A DNA stretch of 64,000 bases from an uncultured bacterium (GTDB lineage: Bacteria; JAJVIF01; JAPKYR01). Position 1 is the first letter of the stretch. Each line of letters starts with the position of its first letter. Below the pieces are notes generated by a model. The model did no database searches, was not told the origin of the DNA, and saw only the letters and a list, made by a program, of their open reading frames with translations. The stretch is taken from the NCBI GenBank assembly GCA_965369865.1, contig CBDURU010000002.1:1-64000 (forward strand), read 5' to 3'. The position numbers and the translations under genes were made by a program. Positions 60,019-64,000 of the stretch are shown piece after piece.

Positions 60019-61221
60019 TTACTCCGTTACGATGAAGCCGGGTCCACCGGGTCCACCGTCCAGAACATCGACACCTTCATCGTAAATTCCATTTCCGTTA
60101 ATATCCAAAAGGAGGTCGTACACACCTTCCTGGGCGAGAATCCAGGCGAGTATCAATCCTTCATTGACGCATCCTTCCTGAACCGGATCGAGTTCCACTC
60201 CACCCGTTATATCTTCGATGGTCATCCCATCTATCCAGATGTCTGTGTGAAACAGGATGTACTTAAGAACGTATAGACTGTTCAGGTCAAGTATGACACT
60301 CGGGTTGAGCCATATGTAAATCTTATCCCCGACCTTGAAGTTATTTGTGTAGGTATAGTCCCTGTGCGAAGCAAGTTGAGCGTAGATCGGACCACCAGTG
60401 TGTACATCCTGGACAACGATGCCGGTTGGCAACTGCCCGTCGACAGCATCCGTGCCTGAATTGAAAACACCGAATGGTTCGGCATCCAGGACAATATCGA
60501 ATTGATCCGTGACGCCGGGCAATATTTTTGTCGCGTAAGGGAGAAGCTGCGTTGGTTCGATCTCACCGCCGGCGTTTGAGGTTACCTCAATATATTCCTG
60601 AATCTCAGGGGGCCAAACAACCAACGGGCGGTCGTCCGACCAGCTTGATATTATATCTCCATCGTTCCAGGCGCGTTTGTCTATAACCGGCCAGATACGG
60701 TAATTAGCCCCGGATTTCAAGGCCCTTGCGGCAACAAATACGGGTTCACCAACAAGAACCGCGTTGGTGAGGTTACCATCGATATCACATCCCCATACTA
60801 TTGGGTCCGTTGGCGCAATCGGAATTGCGACCGTACGTTCAACTGTACCTTTCAACGATGTGAGACGAATTGTATATTCTCCCGATGAAAGCCTGCCATG
60901 ACCGGTATCGGGAAAGAATCCGACATCGTAAGCGATTATTACATCATCGATCCGGCCCTGGTTGTCCGCAGTCAGACGGGCCATACTAACCACTGAGCCA
61001 TCCTCCGCGATTGCCTCAATTAAAACCGGGAACTCATTGGTATTCAGGCCGGATGCAGAGAACGTGAGCGCCTCGCCCTGGTTAAGAACGCCGCCAAATC
61101 CAGTTGAAACCGAAAGGACAAGGGGACCTCCAGGATTTTCATCGGAGCTTCCGGAGCATCCGATGGCCAGGGCGAGAACACCCATCAGCAATAGAGAGAA
61201 AAAGATTGGGAAGCGATACAT
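60019..61221 (-). CDS. Lipoprotein with an internally duplicated domain
   Basis: Lipobox AIGC; two modules ending in (F/Y)D(I/L)(V/L)LD...G.(F/Y)..G.D..DG..G(I/F).V. Confidence 0.7.
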   Translation of the reverse strand: MYRFPIFFSLLLMGVLALAIGCSGSSDENPGGPLVLSVSTGFGGVLNQGEALTFSASGLNTNEFPVLIEAIAEDGSVVSMARLTADNQGRIDDVIIAYDVGFFPDTGHGRLSSGEYTIRLTSLKGTVERTVAIPIAPTDPIVWGCDIDGNLTNAVLVGEPVFVAARALKSGANYRIWPVIDKRAWNDGDIISSWSDDRPLVVWPPEIQEYIEVTSNAGGEIEPTQLLPYATKILPGVTDQFDIVLDAEPFGVFNSGTDAVDGQLPTGIVVQDVHTGGPIYAQLASHRDYTYTNNFKVGDKIYIWLNPSVILDLNSLYVLKYILFHTDIWIDGMTIEDITGGVELDPVQEGCVNEGLILAWILAQEGVYDLLLDINGNGIYDEGVDVLDGGPGGPGFIVTE

Positions 61222-61516
61222 TTTTCAAAATCACCTCTAAGTCAAGTACCTCTATTGTAACATCTTGTAGCTTTTTGTCAACTCTTGTGACTCGAAAAAA
61301 TCATGGGAAGTTCATTAAAACGGCAATAAATTTTCTGAATTTAATCAAATTCAACCGTCCCTGTCCTTCATCGGGAAGCCTGTATTATAAAGTCGGATAA
61401 TTCCGATAATTCTGCCATCCCTCTATACCATTGACAGAAAACCCCCCCTTGCTCATCACATTATGGTAAAATTCTGGTAATAATGGGATTTTTACCAGCA
61501 TACCGGAGGTTTTTTA

Positions 61517-63283
61517 ATGTCACAAAAGCTAGACGAATATCCCCCGGACTTATTAGATTCACGGTTTCCACTTACATCACTTGAAAAAAAGCTTCTTGAG
61601 AGTGGTGCCCTTGACCGTTCAACACTCAGGAAAATCCAGGTACAGGCAATGGAACGGGGTGTATTTGTGGAGGAAGAGATTCTCGACAGCGGCTTTGTCG
61701 AAGAGGAACCTGTACTGAAAATCGTTGCCAAGAGGCAGAACGTTCCGTACCTCATTCTCGATACAATAGAGCCGAACCCTGATGTGGTCACGCTGCTCGA
61801 GCAGGATTTCTGTGAGGAGCACAATGTATTTCCGATCCGTATTGAGGGTTCATACATGCACCTTGCGATGGCCGATCCGAAAAATATCAGGCTTAGAGAT
61901 GAGATCAGGGAAATCACGGGGAAATCCGCCAAGGGTTATCTCTCGAGCAAAGGAAGTATTAAGAAGAAAATATTTGAATACCGGCCGCATTTCCGCAAGA
62001 AAATCATCGAAATGCTTCTAAAATCAGTAGGAAAAGACCAGGGAATCCAACTCACCCGCGAGATGGGGATCGAAATTGAAGACCTGAAAAAACTTCCCGA
62101 ACAAACTGAAATTATCAGACTGGTCAATCTCCTGATTCTCCAGGCATTGCAGTTTCATGCATCGGATATCCACCTTATGCCGAGCGAGAAAGCGATGAAT
62201 GTTAGGTTCAGGGTGGACGGTGTGTTGCAGGAACTGGTCGACCCGATCACTTACGATAAAGCCGAGCAGGTAGTGAATCGAATAAAAATCCTGTGCGATT
62301 TAGATATTACCGAAAGAAGGATGCCTCAGGACGGTCATTTCAGGATTATTCTTGAGGGCCAGGATATCGACTTCCGTGTGGTTACCTCCCCGACAATTTT
62401 CGGGGAGAAAGCTGTTCTAAGGGTTCTGGACCGATCGACAACAGTGCTGGACATGCGTCATCTCGGGTTTGAAACAAACTTGATCCAAAAGTTCAGAAAG
62501 CACCTTTCCAAACCACACGGGATAATAACAATGACCGGCCCCACCGGCTCCGGAAAAACCACGACCCTGTACTCGGCACTCAAGATTTTAAACTCGAAGG
62601 AAAAAAATATTACAACGGTCGAGAACCCGATTGAGTACCGCATGAACGATATAACTCAGATCCAGGTTAACCCGGATATCGGATTAACTTTCGCCCACTG
62701 CCTGAGATCGATCCTCCGGCAGGACCCGGACATTATACTGATAGGTGAAATCCGGGATCTCGATACGACCGAGATCGCCATACGCGCATCGCTTACAGGG
62801 CACCTTGTATTCGCGACACTTCATACGAACAACGCGGGAGGGGCGATAACCAGGCTGCTTGATATGGGTGTTGAGCCGTACCTCCTAGCAAGCACTCTGA
62901 GATGTGTTCTGTCACAAAGGCTTGTAAGGACAATCTGCAAACAATGCAGGAACGAGTACATACCCGATGCTGCAATGCTGGACGAAATCAGGTTGAATCT
63001 CGATGACATGGCTAAATTCGGTGATGAGCCCATAAAACTTGCATATGGGAAAGGTTGCGGGCATTGCTTCCAAACCGGATTCTATGGACGTACCGCCATC
63101 GGTGAGCTGCTTGAGACCAATGATGAAATCCGCGATCTGATCGTAAATCGTGCGCATACGATTCATATCGAGGAAGCTGCGATCAGGAACGGGATGGTTT
63201 CTTTAAACAAGGACGGTTTGAGAAAGATACTCGCGAGAGTGACGACCTACGAGGAAGTGGCATCACAGACCGAGGTGGTATAA
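61517..63283 (+). CDS. GspE/PilB-family secretion/pilus assembly ATPase
   Basis: ASDIHL, RMPQDG, TGPTGSGKTTTLY, LRQDPDIILIGEIRD, TGHLVFATLHTN, CKQC/CGHC zinc site. Confidence 0.95.
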   Translation: MSQKLDEYPPDLLDSRFPLTSLEKKLLESGALDRSTLRKIQVQAMERGVFVEEEILDSGFVEEEPVLKIVAKRQNVPYLILDTIEPNPDVVTLLEQDFCEEHNVFPIRIEGSYMHLAMADPKNIRLRDEIREITGKSAKGYLSSKGSIKKKIFEYRPHFRKKIIEMLLKSVGKDQGIQLTREMGIEIEDLKKLPEQTEIIRLVNLLILQALQFHASDIHLMPSEKAMNVRFRVDGVLQELVDPITYDKAEQVVNRIKILCDLDITERRMPQDGHFRIILEGQDIDFRVVTSPTIFGEKAVLRVLDRSTTVLDMRHLGFETNLIQKFRKHLSKPHGIITMTGPTGSGKTTTLYSALKILNSKEKNITTVENPIEYRMNDITQIQVNPDIGLTFAHCLRSILRQDPDIILIGEIRDLDTTEIAIRASLTGHLVFATLHTNNAGGAITRLLDMGVEPYLLASTLRCVLSQRLVRTICKQCRNEYIPDAAMLDEIRLNLDDMAKFGDEPIKLAYGKGCGHCFQTGFYGRTAIGELLETNDEIRDLIVNRAHTIHIEEAAIRNGMVSLNKDGLRKILARVTTYEEVASQTEVV

Positions 63284-63471
63284 ATACTCGTTATATGGTC
63301 AAACATATTGGCCGTTTTGGCCTTAAAAGACAGGATTTACCAACCTTGGTAAATTTTAATACCCGTGACATATCTTTTCCTGCTTCCAGCACCCCACTTA
63401 ATTTACGATATTAAGTCGGTTAATTATTATGATTATTCCGACCTGAAATTTTTTCATGGCGGCATTAAACC

Positions 63472-64000
63472 ATGCGTGTACCAAGATTCAGACAATATGC
63501 AAACCTGACGCAAACGGCTTCGAAGGGGCCCAGCCAGGTATGGCCAGTTGTCAAGAAAATATTCATTTTATTTATCGCCATCGTGATGCTCGCGGGGTCC
63601 GGATGGGTGCTGATGAGGATCATCCCGAAGAGGAACTCTATCCAGGGTGAATACACACCGCCGTTATCCCGGACCGACATCGTCGAGTGCTCCCAGGCGC
63701 GATGGATTCTCCAGGACACACATTCGGAACAGCTTGGGGTCTACCTCGGGTGGTACTATCGCAAATTCCTTATGGTGGCCAAAAGCCCTGATGAACTCGA
63801 TCAGTCAGGTTTCCGACCCTTCATATTCAACGATGAAGCTGGTGAGGAAGTAAAAATTCTCCCAAGTGGAGATGATTTCGAAGCAAACAACGACCTGTTT
63901 CTGTTTATGCTGATTCCTCCCGAAGGCACGACCGGTGGTTTCATTTCCAAGAGAACCCTGGAACAGTCAAATTTTGCGGGACAGGTCTCACATGAAGTCA
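63472..64000 (+). CDS. Hypothetical membrane-anchored protein, running off the window end
   Basis: Open frame from ATG 63472 (MRVPRFRQY...KKIFILFIAIVMLAGSGWVLM...) with no stop before 64000; absent from the ORF track. Confidence 0.6.
   Translation, partial: MRVPRFRQYANLTQTASKGPSQVWPVVKKIFILFIAIVMLAGSGWVLMRIIPKRNSIQGEYTPPLSRTDIVECSQARWILQDTHSEQLGVYLGWYYRKFLMVAKSPDELDQSGFRPFIFNDEAGEEVKILPSGDDFEANNDLFLFMLIPPEGTTGGFISKRTLEQSNFAGQVSHEV

Overview
A 64-kb stretch of chromosome from a diderm, probably flagellated bacterium. It has predicted outer-membrane beta-barrels, many lipoproteins, flhB and a PilB/GspE ATPase; the lineage cannot be fixed from this window. Housekeeping genes (purC, purF, queG, elbB, acs, asnS, smpB, family-4 UDG, GlcD-type oxidoreductase, ArcE-like COG2403 protein) are mixed with a GldA/F/G-DUF4340 ABC cluster, a second ABC exporter, MoxR-DUF58, tandem DUF4139 paralogues and many secreted proteins of unknown function. 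Accessory content: (i) an AT-rich island at about 20.5-21.5 kb with a phage-antirepressor remnant, a fully folding but non-canonical tRNA-like gene (Arg-type body, AGC anticodon, U37, no G3:U70), a separate T-loop minihelix, further hairpins and an opposing sigma70-type promoter; (ii) an OLD-family ABC-ATPase/TOPRIM gene sitting where a truncated HEPN toxin should continue, plus a second, intact MNT-HEPN pair between asnS and smpB; (iii) at least six families of REP-like intergenic palindromes, several with locus-specific tandem expansions (13, 23, 33, 50 and 181 bp). No CRISPR array, integrase, transposase or rRNA is supported. All family calls come from motif recognition by eye, not database searches.
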